A stretch of DNA of 55,955 nt from Clostridia bacterium (GTDB taxonomy: Bacteria; Bacillota; Clostridia; UMGS1883; UMGS1540), in NCBI GenBank assembly GCA_029006755.1, contig JAQXGO010000104.1, forward strand, positions 1 through 55,955, written 5' to 3'. The position numbers and the translations under genes were made by a program. The notes beneath the pieces were generated by a model that was not told the origin of the DNA, made no database searches, and saw nothing but the letters and a program-made list of their open reading frames with translations. Positions 42,499 through 52,528 of the stretch are shown here, in pieces. The stretch's first letter is position 1. Each line of letters starts with the position of its first letter.

Positions 42499-42535
42499 CA
42501 AAGAGCCGATTTTTTGACAGTGTTTGCAGAGTGAT

Positions 42536-42589
42536 AAAATCATGCACCGCTTTTGACTGTTTTTTAGGTCAAAAGCGGTGCATGATTTT
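42536..42589. repeat. Perfect 22-bp inverted repeat
   Basis: AAAATCATGCACCGCTTTTGAC (42536-42557), 10-nt loop, GTCAAAAGCGGTGCATGATTTT (42568-42589). Confidence 0.9.
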
Positions 42590-42717
42590 TCGAGGAAAAA
42601 TTTCGGAGTAAGCGGAATTGGTGTGCGATGGCTGAAAATGCTCTGATTTTAGCAAAACATCCATTACGCCGAAACTTTTCCTTTTGCAAAAATCCCATTG
42701 TTAAAGGGGTTTCGGGC

Positions 42718-42763
42718 AAAAAAACAGAACCGCAATTTTGTATCAAAATTACGGTTCTGTTTT
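42718..42763 (-). terminator. Intrinsic terminator directly after tRNA-Arg
   Basis: About 20-bp stem AAAACAGAACCG-AATTTTG/CAAAATT-CGGTTCTGTTTT with one G-U pair on the minus strand, ending in T7. Confidence 0.8.
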
Positions 42764-42839
42764 GGCGCGCTGTAAGGGATTCGAACCCCTGGCCTTATGG
42801 TCCGTAGCCATACGCTCTATCCAGCTGAGCTAACAGCGC
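42763..42839 (-). tRNA. tRNA-Arg (anticodon ACG)
   Basis: Reverse complement GCGCTGT TA GCTC AGCTGGATA GAGC G TATGG CTACGGA CCATA AGGCC AGGGG TTCGAAT CCCTT ACAGCGC G CCA forms a complete cloverleaf with encoded CCA. Confidence 0.97.
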
Positions 42840-42862
42840 AAGCTCTCTTAAGCGACTTATAT

Positions 42863-42891
42863 ATTATAGCACATGTAAAACAAAATTGCAA
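42863..42891 (-). promoter_or_regulatory. SigA promoter of tRNA-Arg
   Basis: Minus strand TTGCAA, 17 nt, TATAAT with extended -10 TG. Confidence 0.75.
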
Positions 42892-42899
42892 GTTTTTTT

Positions 42900-45140
42900 T
42901 CAAAAATTTTCTTCATTCTCTTGATTCTGTAGAATTTGGCAGGCAATCGCTGCGTTTTCTTCGGCTTTTTCGCGAAGCACATTTGCTTTTTCATGCAACA
43001 TTTCCTGGATTTTTTCACGATTTTCGCAGATGTCATCGATATATGCACAAAGTATGTCAACATGAATATCTTGCATGTTGATGGTGCGGTCCTGCCCGAT
43101 ATACTGCATAAAGCTGGAAACCTTTGGGTCATAGGTGAGCCCGATCATGGGAACGCCGCCGGCAGCGGCATAAATCAGCGTGTGTAGCCGCATGCCGAGT
43201 ACGATATCACATTTTCGGACAATTCCGATAGTTTCATTGACCTGATATTCTTTTTGCAGAATATAAAGCTTTGTATGCATGTGTTCAGAGAGCCGAATGG
43301 CAGCTTTGGAATCCATATATCTTTTCATAGGAATAAATATTGGGATCAAACCATAGGTGTCTGCAGCATAATCTAAGCATTTTGCAATTTTCTGTACGCA
43401 AGATTTATCAGTGATCGGCCAGGGGCGAAGAGATATGCCGATATAATGCATGCCGGTGGGAATACCTTCTTCCTCAAAAAGCATGTCGACTTCCTTGCTT
43501 GATATGCCATCGAGTGCGAATGCAGGATCTGCGGTCACCTGCATGGGCACTTGCGTTACACCCATGTCCTTAAGCTCTTGGAGGGAAACTGCATCACGCA
43601 GTGTGACCATATGGCACTTTTCGATTTCTTTAGCTGTGCGCTTAATATTTTTCCCATGCAAGGGGCCAATACCATTTGCATATAGATATACTTTTGCACC
43701 AAGCGAACGAGCAGTGCGCATAATCCACAAATAATACCATAAAGACTGCGCGCTTGTGACATCCTGCAATAGGCTGCCGCCGCCAAAAATAAGCATATGC
43801 GATCTCTTGCATATTCTGCGTATTCCAAAATAATTGAATCTGTGGGCAGAGTCCGTGCCATATTGCTCACGTGTTTCACATGGCTTTGCAGAAAGAACCA
43901 AGGCGCGAATAAAAGGCATTTGTTTACGAAGACTACACAAGACAGCTTGCAGAAGTGCATCATCTCCGCTATTATGAAATCCATAGTATCCGCTAAGTAC
44001 AACATCATATTCTGCCTTGTCTGTGTAGTCACGCAATACAGCATTGTAGATTTTCACATGTTCTTTTGCAAGGCTTGTATTCGAAAAATGATTGGTCGCC
44101 TTTTCAAACAAGGCCTCGCCCAAAGATGCACGAAGCGAGGCATCTTGAGCAAATTGCAGGATTTTTTTTGCAAAGGTGGTATAATCCTCCGCCGGGAAAA
44201 GCAGACCGGTAACGCCCTCCTCGATTAAATCCGGAATGCCGCCGACTGCCGCGCTGATGGTAGGCTTTTTCATCCGTGCGCCCTCAAGCAACACGTAGGG
44301 GAAGCTTTCACTTCGAGAGGATAAGGTGTTTATGTCTATAAAGTTTATAAAGCTATATATGTCTTGAATAAAGCCGGCAAAAGTAAGCTTGTCCGAAATG
44401 CCTTCCGATTCAGCAAGACGAACCAGTGCCTCACGACCTTCACCGTCTCCGGCAATAATAAATCGTAAATTCGGGTTTTCTTTTGCTGCAACAGCAGCAG
44501 CGCGGATAAAGATATCATGTCCTTTTACGTGGTCGTGTCTGCCAATCAGGCCAATATAAAGAAGGGAGGGGTCATATTCAATGCCAATGCGTTTGGCAAA
44601 AGCAGCACGGTCATCAAATACAGGATCCTTAGAATAGTCCATACCGTTGTACACAGTGAACACGCGGTTGGGTCGAAAACCACGTTTGATCAGCATATTT
44701 CGAAAATTGGTAGAAACACCTATATAATAGTCCATTTTCCGCAGTGCGCGTACATTCAGGCTTGTGTATACAAGCTTACGATAAAATCCGTCAAAGTCCA
44801 TTAAATAGTCGCTGTGAACGGTTGTAATAACAGGAATATGCACGCGCTGTTTTACATATTGCGCAATAAAATTTGCGCGTGCACCATGCGCATGAATCAG
44901 TGCATAGCCTTCGTTTTTTACCATTTCCGCAATACTGCGGATAACGGAAAGATCAAACCTGCTTTTTTGCAAGACTAAGACATTTTCAATATTTCTCTCC
45001 TGTAATTGCTGATAAAAAACACCGGGAGTTAAGCAAACAATTTTTACATCAATCATTGTTTTTAGTGCATCCAAAAGGGCAAAGACATGTGTCTTTGCTC
45101 CGCCGGAATCGCCGCCGCTAATAAGATGCAAAACCTTCAT
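42900..45140 (-). CDS. csaB: GT4 glycosyltransferase fused to polysaccharide pyruvyl transferase CsaB
   Basis: N-half: GGDSGGAKTH, HAHGAR, KGHD, ESFPYVLLE (GT4 EX7E). C-half: SGYYGFHNSGDDA, GGGSLLQDVTS, GIGP, ADPA, GMRLH, YDPKV. Confidence 0.88.
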   Translation of the reverse strand: MKVLHLISGGDSGGAKTHVFALLDALKTMIDVKIVCLTPGVFYQQLQERNIENVLVLQKSRFDLSVIRSIAEMVKNEGYALIHAHGARANFIAQYVKQRVHIPVITTVHSDYLMDFDGFYRKLVYTSLNVRALRKMDYYIGVSTNFRNMLIKRGFRPNRVFTVYNGMDYSKDPVFDDRAAFAKRIGIEYDPSLLYIGLIGRHDHVKGHDIFIRAAAVAAKENPNLRFIIAGDGEGREALVRLAESEGISDKLTFAGFIQDIYSFINFIDINTLSSRSESFPYVLLEGARMKKPTISAAVGGIPDLIEEGVTGLLFPAEDYTTFAKKILQFAQDASLRASLGEALFEKATNHFSNTSLAKEHVKIYNAVLRDYTDKAEYDVVLSGYYGFHNSGDDALLQAVLCSLRKQMPFIRALVLSAKPCETREQYGTDSAHRFNYFGIRRICKRSHMLIFGGGSLLQDVTSAQSLWYYLWIMRTARSLGAKVYLYANGIGPLHGKNIKRTAKEIEKCHMVTLRDAVSLQELKDMGVTQVPMQVTADPAFALDGISSKEVDMLFEEEGIPTGMHYIGISLRPWPITDKSCVQKIAKCLDYAADTYGLIPIFIPMKRYMDSKAAIRLSEHMHTKLYILQKEYQVNETIGIVRKCDIVLGMRLHTLIYAAAGGVPMIGLTYDPKVSSFMQYIGQDRTINMQDIHVDILCAYIDDICENREKIQEMLHEKANVLREKAEENAAIACQILQNQENEENF

Positions 45141-45149
45141 TTAAACCCC

Positions 45150-46694
45150 CTAAACCGATCTGTCCGTATTTTTCTGCTGTGCAAGCTTGATTGCTGCCAT
45201 TGCGACACCTGCGATGATGAAGAAGGCAAGCTGAACACGTGGATAAAACCAAGTGTATTCTGCAAACCCGATTGTTGTGATGCCGGTGATAGAAGCAACA
45301 GCCGCACAAAGAGTGCCGCGCAATACACCGGGGGCAGTGCGCAGGGTCTGTGCTGTCGCACGCCGAATTAAACTAAGGCTATACCATAAAAGGCTAAGAA
45401 GCCCCAAAATTCCCATTTCAATTAAAACCTCTAAAAACTGCATATGAGAATGGGGTGCCGCACCAGTCATGCCCACACTATAGGAAGGATAAATAGCGCG
45501 GAAAGAGCCTGTCCCAAGCCCCACACCTTGTATCCAACGACCTTTCAGCATGCGAAGGACAGAGGACCATATATTGACACGATAGGAACTTGAAGTATCC
45601 TTTAAATTGCCAATGGTCATAATTCGATTCAGCACGGTTTGCGGCAATAAAGGAATACAACATAGAATGAGAACAATCAGTGCAGGAAAAATTTGTCTTT
45701 TATAGAGAATCGTAAATATGGTGGCGGCAATGGCAAAAGCCAGCCAGCCGGAACGTGAATATGTCAAAATTAATGCTAAAACACCAACACCTACAAGAAA
45801 AAGTCCCAAAAGCTTTGTCAAATCCTTCTTTCTTGTGGTGGCCCATACGTATGCAAAGGGAATAAAAAGCATTAAAAACTCTGCCAAATTGTTGGGGTTG
45901 CCAAGGGTGGAATAGGCGCGCCCGGGCATTCCTTGATTTAGATTCATATCCGTTAACAGAATATCCTGCTCAATGCCCAAGATACGCTGAATCATTGCAC
46001 CTATGGATACCACGGCCATTGTCCATGTCATAACGCCCAAAAAAGTTTCTATCCTTTTTTCGGAGGACAGAATACCATAGATGACAAGTGCTAAAAGAAA
46101 TGATGTCCAAAAAAAGGCTAATGAACGCAAGCTATCCTGCATATCATGTGAGCCATATACACTGATCGTTGTGATAAACACAAAAAAGAGGAACGGAACC
46201 CAAAGCCCGTTCGTCTGCCGGCCTAAATCTTTGCGTCCGCTGAGCAGACATAGGAAATAAAGGCCACAAAGCCCGAGAACGAAGAGTAAAGCATAAAGAT
46301 TATTCCAGTAATTGTGCGGAATAATATAAATGACTAAAACGCCTATAAACAAAAGCGTTGATAGATGCAGAAAAAAAGAGGGCTTTATAAGACGGTTATA
46401 CAGGCGATTATTCAGGCTTCCGTGATTGAAACCGGCAATGCGCGCATACAGACGACTGAAGAACTGCAAAATACTGTTCCACACCTTACGGAGAAGGCCA
46501 TAAAAGAACGAAGTATCAACCCGACTGTCAATATTGGTCGGACGCACAAACCATTTTATAACCTTACTGCCCCTTGCACACTGTCCAATCGCGTGAAAGA
46601 GCCGATTGAGTATCCGCACGGGAATAGAGGTCATGAACGCAATGCATAAACGTTTAAACAACGTTATTACCACGCTACCTTCTATCATGTTCAC
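45150..46694 (-). CDS. O-antigen ligase/polymerase-family (Wzy_C) membrane protein
   Basis: Many TM helices; RAYSTLGNPNNLA, TYSRSGW, RVNIW, GVGLG, HSH..LEVLIEMGILG. Confidence 0.85.
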   Translation of the reverse strand: MNMIEGSVVITLFKRLCIAFMTSIPVRILNRLFHAIGQCARGSKVIKWFVRPTNIDSRVDTSFFYGLLRKVWNSILQFFSRLYARIAGFNHGSLNNRLYNRLIKPSFFLHLSTLLFIGVLVIYIIPHNYWNNLYALLFVLGLCGLYFLCLLSGRKDLGRQTNGLWVPFLFFVFITTISVYGSHDMQDSLRSLAFFWTSFLLALVIYGILSSEKRIETFLGVMTWTMAVVSIGAMIQRILGIEQDILLTDMNLNQGMPGRAYSTLGNPNNLAEFLMLFIPFAYVWATTRKKDLTKLLGLFLVGVGVLALILTYSRSGWLAFAIAATIFTILYKRQIFPALIVLILCCIPLLPQTVLNRIMTIGNLKDTSSSYRVNIWSSVLRMLKGRWIQGVGLGTGSFRAIYPSYSVGMTGAAPHSHMQFLEVLIEMGILGLLSLLWYSLSLIRRATAQTLRTAPGVLRGTLCAAVASITGITTIGFAEYTWFYPRVQLAFFIIAGVAMAAIKLAQQKNTDRSV

Positions 46695-46701
46695 ACCGTC
46701 C

Positions 46702-47202
46702 TTATGCTGTCAATTCCTGAATATCATACACACGCAAATAAAGTTTTGCATCTCCTGCATGCAGAACCATGCTGTGCCCGATGCCATAGAGCGTACCTTC
46801 GATTTCAACACCGTTTGCAGTCTTTTCACCATGTACCGTACCGGTAATGGTGACAGAACAGAAGCCTTCCCGTTGCGAAAGGACATACTCTCCGTCCTGG
46901 TTTGTGACCCAAGATATCGGCGCTCCCTTTTCAACCTTTGTAACGACACCGATAGGTTTGCCGTGTGCGCCGTCAGTCATAGTGTCACCAACCTTGATTT
47001 TATCTACAACCCACTCGTTGGCCTCTTCGAGATAGAACTGCATTTCAATGGATCCTTTCCCCGTGAGCGCACTGCCTGACAAGCCGGAGGGTGCGAGAAT
47101 TTTAATACCAACCACAGCAAGCGCCGCAATAAGCACAATGATGATAATAAGGTCAATAATATTTATTTTACCGAACAAGCGGCCCTTTTCATCCATTAAC
47201 AT
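46702..47202 (-). CDS. DUF4330-like membrane-anchored protein
   Basis: N-terminal DEKGRLFGKINIIDLII signature followed by one TM helix and a soluble beta-rich domain. Confidence 0.75.
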   Translation of the reverse strand: MLMDEKGRLFGKINIIDLIIIIVLIAALAVVGIKILAPSGLSGSALTGKGSIEMQFYLEEANEWVVDKIKVGDTMTDGAHGKPIGVVTKVEKGAPISWVTNQDGEYVLSQREGFCSVTITGTVHGEKTANGVEIEGTLYGIGHSMVLHAGDAKLYLRVYDIQELTA

Positions 47203-47215
47203 AAAATGCCCCTTT

Positions 47216-48325
47216 CTATTTACCCATTTTGTTTAAAACATCAACGTATATAGTATATATGATTTCCAGAATTTTGTCAAGATTAAACACGGTTTCAATC
47301 GCCATTTTACCATTTTTACCATACGTTGCACAAAGGTCAGCATGGGTTGCTAAGCTTTCAATTGCGTTTGCCATCCCCTTTGTATCGCCGTATTCAACCA
47401 AGATTCCACAATTGTTTTCCGGATTGATAATATCTCCATTGCCGCCGATATTGGTAGCGATTACCGGTAATCCGGCACCAAGTGCCTCTAAAATTGCAAA
47501 GCTTAACGCTTCGTAGCATTTGGCGGAATTAATGAAGACATCCGCACCTGCCAACAGATTCGCCGCATCGTTGCGATAGCCTAATTGGAGAATTCTGTCT
47601 TCCAATCCCTTTTCCTTAATTCTTTCACGAATTTCATCAAATAATTCACCATCTCCGGCTATCAGACAGACAAAAGGAATATCTTTAGACACTTCTGCAA
47701 TAGAGTCTACCAAATAGGGAAGACCTTTTGCAATGTGATAACGAGCTAAAGTTACTGCCACAAAGGTGTCCGCAGAAAGACCGAGTTCTTCCCGGATGGT
47801 TGACGGTTCGCTTTGGGTTTCCTGAACGGAAAGTCCGTTATAAACAACTTTAATTTTTTCAGGTTTTACACCGTTTTGAATCAAAAGGTCTTTTCCATTA
47901 TTGCATACAGAAAGAATTTGCGCATCGAATCGGGTAATAATGGAGTTGGCAATTCGCCATAAGAAATTGGTCTTTAAAGTCAGATGACAAGTATAAATGA
48001 CTTTTGTTTTAGGCCGAAAGAGACGTGAAAGAACAGCTACATAATTCTCTCTGGGGTATTGCGTATGAATAATATCGATACGGTATCTGTCACAAAGCTT
48101 TGCCAGTTTCTTTGCAGCGTTCAAATCCCAAGGAGAACGCATTTTTACTTGACAGGAGGGAATACCAAGTGACTGCATATCCTGAAGAAGAGGGCCTTCC
48201 TCATTGTAGGCAAAGAAGCAGGAAGCACGTTTGCCGTGATAGGTCTTTGCCAGATTATACACATATTTTTCTGTGCCGGCCTTTCCGGCGTGATTAATTA
48301 GATATAAGATGCGCAATACTATCAA
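47216..48325 (-). CDS. GT4-family glycosyltransferase
   Basis: [42 protein letters not shown]. Confidence 0.9.
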   Translation of the reverse strand: MIVLRILYLINHAGKAGTEKYVYNLAKTYHGKRASCFFAYNEEGPLLQDMQSLGIPSCQVKMRSPWDLNAAKKLAKLCDRYRIDIIHTQYPRENYVAVLSRLFRPKTKVIYTCHLTLKTNFLWRIANSIITRFDAQILSVCNNGKDLLIQNGVKPEKIKVVYNGLSVQETQSEPSTIREELGLSADTFVAVTLARYHIAKGLPYLVDSIAEVSKDIPFVCLIAGDGELFDEIRERIKEKGLEDRILQLGYRNDAANLLAGADVFINSAKCYEALSFAILEALGAGLPVIATNIGGNGDIINPENNCGILVEYGDTKGMANAIESLATHADLCATYGKNGKMAIETVFNLDKILEIIYTIYVDVLNKMGK

Positions 48326-48849
48326 TCCTTTCTGTTTTTTATTATTTTTGCAGGATTTCCGCCCACTACCGCATAGTCGGGCACGTCACGGGTTACAACT
48401 GCACCGCCGGCTACGATAGCACCATTTCCGATTGTAATGCCGGGCAGAATAATTGCATTTGCACCGATCCAAACATCATTCCCGATGGTTACTTTATGCT
48501 TGGGAGCTGTTTGCAACCGCATAGGGATTGATAAATCACTTGTTTCGTGGTTTTGCGTGACGATAGTGACACCGGGCGCCATCATGACATCATCACCGAT
48601 AGAAAGAGGTCCTGCTACGCGGCAATGAATGCCGAGACCGGAGTGATTGCCAATGGAAATGTCCTTCCCGGAGGCAAAAAATGCACCATGCTCAATATTC
48701 ACATGCTTGCCGCAATGCTCTAACATGCCTTTAGCCAAAATTCTTCGCAATGTGCCGGCACCTAAGCTGTACGGGAGCCCCGTGCAGGGGAGGTGGCGGG
48801 CAAAGCAATAATAGAGAAAGTAACAAACAACGCGCAAAATGTTTTTCAT
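48322..48849 (-). CDS. Hexapeptide-repeat (LbH) O-acyltransferase
   Basis: [41 protein letters not shown]. Confidence 0.9.
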   Translation of the reverse strand: MKNILRVVCYFLYYCFARHLPCTGLPYSLGAGTLRRILAKGMLEHCGKHVNIEHGAFFASGKDISIGNHSGLGIHCRVAGPLSIGDDVMMAPGVTIVTQNHETSDLSIPMRLQTAPKHKVTIGNDVWIGANAIILPGITIGNGAIVAGGAVVTRDVPDYAVVGGNPAKIIKNRKD

Positions 48850-50354
48850 TATTTCACTCCTTTTTTAGGGATAAAACGGAGAAGGAAGCCCAATGCAGCA
48901 TAGCAAACCACACCGACAAAGACAGGTACAATTAACCGGATGATCCGCTGCACAATTAAATCTCCGGACAAGAGAGTAAGCATGTATTGATTGGTCAGGC
49001 GCACAACCAAAAGCATAAGTGCGCTTGACAGAAGACTTAGAATAAAGGTTTTTCCCAAGCCTTTCCCAAACATACCAATTTTGCGACGAAGGAAAAACAA
49101 TAAAATAACAGCACCGGTTAATGAAGCAATGGAATAGGCAAGTGGTACACCAAAGGCACCGATATAACGAATCAAAATTAGACTAAGACATATATTGATT
49201 GCCATAATGCAAAAGCCGTTGACAGCGGGCAACAAGGTTTTCTTTAAAGCGTAGAACGCTCTGTCCAGTATCTCCTTTAAGCCAATGCCCAATATGCCGA
49301 TAGAATACATAGTGAGCAGGCCGCAAGCAATACTGACATCCTTTTCAGTGACCTTGCCCCATTTGGAAATCAACTCTAAGAGCGGCTCTTTCACCGCAAT
49401 AAAGCCAAACGTAACGGGGAGTAAAAGGATGATGACAAAATGCAAAATGTGCTGCAATGTTTCTTTATATTCATCCATGTTGCCAACGGCAGCACTGGCG
49501 GTCAGTTTCGGATAGATAACAGCCGTAATGGAATACACAAATGCAAGAACCATGTAAAGGGTTATATTCTGTACATAATTGAGAAGTGTGACCATGCCGG
49601 GAAAGGAGGTAATCATGGTCGTATTATAAAACATGTTTATTTGATAAGCAGATACACCCAAAAGGACAGGCCCTGTCATGCGAAGCGCAGTTTTCATATC
49701 CGGACTGCGCAGGTCAAACCGCGGAGAATACTTGTATCCGACACGAATCAGGGGTGGTACCAAAATAAACGCCTGCAAGCAAAGCCCGATAAGGGTCGCA
49801 AGCAACAAACCGAAAACGCCGTATTTATCACCCAACAAGAAAACATAGGCAATGACAACGAGGCTACTTGGTACGCTTACGAAGGCCGGCCACCCATATT
49901 TACCATGTGATTGCAGCATACCCTGAAAAATGTAATTCAATCCATAAAAAAGCATGGCCGGCATCATAATCATTAATGCCTTCATGGTAAAATTGTATTC
50001 ACCAAGCTTCGTGAAACGCGGCAAAATAGGAGATAAGGCAATGCCGATTAGCACTAAGACGGCAGTAAAGGCGGTTGCCACTGTAATTAGGTTATCGGCA
50101 AAGGACTTCGCCTTTTGATTTTCGTGGTTTGCTATGTAGCCGGCATAGATCGGCACAACCACCGTAGAAAGTGCGGTCCCAAAACAAGTAAAAATAATGT
50201 TTGGCACCGATATGGCATAGGAATATATATTCAGGAACTTGTCCGATGCGCCGAAAAAGGACATGTAAATTTGCACGCTTAAAAGAGATAAAAGCCGCGA
50301 AAAAATCATAATGACCATTACGTAACTAATGGAGCCGAGTATATTCTTTTTCAT
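48849..50354 (-). CDS. murJ: MurJ/MviN-family lipid-linked glycan flippase
   Basis: SRLLS, FFGAS, SVPN, VVVPIY, IYPKL, RAFYA; about 14 TM helices; ATG at 50354 overlaps the upstream stop codon. Confidence 0.82.
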   Translation of the reverse strand: MKKNILGSISYVMVIMIFSRLLSLLSVQIYMSFFGASDKFLNIYSYAISVPNIIFTCFGTALSTVVVPIYAGYIANHENQKAKSFADNLITVATAFTAVLVLIGIALSPILPRFTKLGEYNFTMKALMIMMPAMLFYGLNYIFQGMLQSHGKYGWPAFVSVPSSLVVIAYVFLLGDKYGVFGLLLATLIGLCLQAFILVPPLIRVGYKYSPRFDLRSPDMKTALRMTGPVLLGVSAYQINMFYNTTMITSFPGMVTLLNYVQNITLYMVLAFVYSITAVIYPKLTASAAVGNMDEYKETLQHILHFVIILLLPVTFGFIAVKEPLLELISKWGKVTEKDVSIACGLLTMYSIGILGIGLKEILDRAFYALKKTLLPAVNGFCIMAINICLSLILIRYIGAFGVPLAYSIASLTGAVILLFFLRRKIGMFGKGLGKTFILSLLSSALMLLVVRLTNQYMLTLLSGDLIVQRIIRLIVPVFVGVVCYAALGFLLRFIPKKGVK

Positions 50355-50905
50355 TCTTTCCACTCCACCTCTTCTTTTAAAATACGGGCGGGATTGCCAC
50401 CCACCAAAGCACCGGCCGGCACATCATGCGTAACCACACTGCCGGCGGCAATCACCGCACCGTCACCAATGGTAACGCCTTTCAAAATCAGTGCACGGCA
50501 CCCAATCCATACATGGTTGCCAATTGTGACAGGACAAAAAACTTCTTTTTCTGTATTTAACTTGTGATAATCTCTATCCATAATACAAACATCCCAAGAA
50601 ATTACACAGTGATTGCCTATTTGAATGCTTTTTCCGGCATGCAGTTCCGTTCTGTCTCCAATGTATGTGCCACTGCCGATAGAAATAGATGCTTCGCCGT
50701 CAGTCCCCCAAGCACTCAGCTTACAATTTTTATGTAAATAGACACGATCCCCCAACGTGAGGATTGCGTTCTTTTTTTTGAGAACAACACCTTTATCCAT
50801 ACGGAAAAGACGACCCACGGCAGAGAAACTCCCGCGACGTAAAAATCCGCGTGTAAGACATGCGGCAATTTCCCGGTATTCACTAAACGATCTTGTCATA
50901 TTCAC
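50351..50905 (-). CDS. Hexapeptide-repeat (LbH) O-acyltransferase
   Basis: [47 protein letters not shown]. Confidence 0.9.
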   Translation of the reverse strand: MNMTRSFSEYREIAACLTRGFLRRGSFSAVGRLFRMDKGVVLKKKNAILTLGDRVYLHKNCKLSAWGTDGEASISIGSGTYIGDRTELHAGKSIQIGNHCVISWDVCIMDRDYHKLNTEKEVFCPVTIGNHVWIGCRALILKGVTIGDGAVIAAGSVVTHDVPAGALVGGNPARILKEEVEWKE

Positions 50906-50950
50906 TATCCTCTCTACTTTATATATTTCCTGGGGAATATAGTTGTTTAT

Positions 50951-52327
50951 TTATTCTTGCCTTTGCAAAACAGGGTCGCCTTTTGTAATAACCTGCTTTT
51001 TCCATCTGCCGGAGAAAAAGAATAGCAGTGCAAGAATCAGGGATAAAAGGGAAGCGGCAGGACCGCCAAGACCAACACCGAACATGCCCATGCCCATAAC
51101 AATACCGCCAATATAAGAGGCGGGAATTCTTACAAGGAGGGAGGCAAGCATACTATTAAACAAGGTAAAGGTCGTATGTCCGCTGCCGATAAACAGGCCG
51201 GTAAGACCAAACATTATGGAGGCCAGCAGATAATCATAACTGAAGGAACGCATATACTCCGTGCCGGCAGCCACTAAAGCTTCATCATTTGCAAAGATAC
51301 GTAGAATTTCGCGCGGAAACAGCATAGCAATCGCAAATACGACACAACTCATGGAAAAACCAATTAAAGTACCAATTTTCATGGTTTGCACAGCTCTATC
51401 CTGCAGTCCGGCACCCAGATTCTGTGCGCTCATAGCCGCAATAGAAGAACTCATTGCAATGGCGGGCAGGATAGCAAAGGAGTTGAATTTTGCGACTGCG
51501 CCAAGGGCGGCAGATTCTGTCATGCCCAAAGTATTGACAATTGTGGTTAAAAACAAAAAGGAAAGACCAACAACTACATTCTGCACGGATGTGGGCAATC
51601 CAACTTTAAAAAGCATACGAAAGCTTTCCGGATGAAAGTTGAAGGATTTTAAATTGAAGTCAAAAACAAAATCATTTCTTTTTAAATAAAGAATACAAAG
51701 TATTAAGCTGATTGCTTGCGAAAAGACCGTCGCAATCGCCGCGCCGGAGGCAGCCATATTCCATTTAGCAACCAGCAGATAGTCTAAAACAACATTAAAA
51801 AAACATGCAATCCCTACAAAAATCAAAGGGTTTTTGCTATCGCCCATACCGCGCATAATGGCACTGAGGGCATTGTAGCCAAAGATAAAGATTGTACCAA
51901 GGGCAGTAATCAGCAGATAACGGTCAGCTTCCCAAAAGGATTCGGCAGGTGTTTGAATTAAATGCAAAATGGGTTTTCTGAAAAAAACCATAAATACTGT
52001 CATTACAACAGCAAGAACAACCAGCGTAGTTAATAGTGTGCTAATTGTAGATTTTAAAGCTTTTCTTGCACCGCTGCCTAAGTATTGCGCAATCAAAACC
52101 GTTGCGCCCGCACACAGCCCGATAACAAAATTGGTAATAAGGAGAGTTACCTGGCTGCCGATATTGACTCCCGACATGCTGGCAGTGCCGCTAAACTGTC
52201 CAACCACAATCATGTCCACTACACTATAAAGAGATTGAATCAGATTGGCAATGATAAACGGCAGTGCAAACGCCCACAACTGCTTGCCGACACTGCCCCT
52301 TGAAAGGTCTTTTTCGAACTTACTCAC
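50951..52327 (-). CDS. MATE-family efflux transporter
   Basis: DLSRG, LYSVVDMIVVG, RGMGDSKNPL, NVVLD, GAAIAT, AQNLGAG; GGAGG RBS and GTG start. Confidence 0.93.
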   Translation of the reverse strand: MSKFEKDLSRGSVGKQLWAFALPFIIANLIQSLYSVVDMIVVGQFSGTASMSGVNIGSQVTLLITNFVIGLCAGATVLIAQYLGSGARKALKSTISTLLTTLVVLAVVMTVFMVFFRKPILHLIQTPAESFWEADRYLLITALGTIFIFGYNALSAIMRGMGDSKNPLIFVGIACFFNVVLDYLLVAKWNMAASGAAIATVFSQAISLILCILYLKRNDFVFDFNLKSFNFHPESFRMLFKVGLPTSVQNVVVGLSFLFLTTIVNTLGMTESAALGAVAKFNSFAILPAIAMSSSIAAMSAQNLGAGLQDRAVQTMKIGTLIGFSMSCVVFAIAMLFPREILRIFANDEALVAAGTEYMRSFSYDYLLASIMFGLTGLFIGSGHTTFTLFNSMLASLLVRIPASYIGGIVMGMGMFGVGLGGPAASLLSLILALLFFFSGRWKKQVITKGDPVLQRQE

Positions 52328-52454
52328 ATTTTTCCTCCGTGTTCTATGGAATGAAATTTCGATATATTATATCATATAATGCAGATTAATGCAATAAAAA
52401 CAAATGATTTTTTAAAGGCCTATGTAGGTTTGTCAATTAAATATGAAGAAAACA

Positions 52455-52484
52455 TTGACAAGGACATAGAAAATTTGATATACT
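52455..52484 (+). promoter_or_regulatory. SigA-type promoter of nifJ/pfo
   Basis: TTGACA (52455-52460), 18 nt, TATACT (52479-52484) with extended -10 TG. Confidence 0.65.
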
Positions 52485-52528
52485 AAAATGCAGTAATAAA
52501 ACACAAGAACTTTTAGGAGGTAAGTAAC

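Noticed and set aside
42564-43132. Small ORFs around the tRNA
   Set aside because: They overlap the tRNA, hairpins or csaB and show no coding signal.
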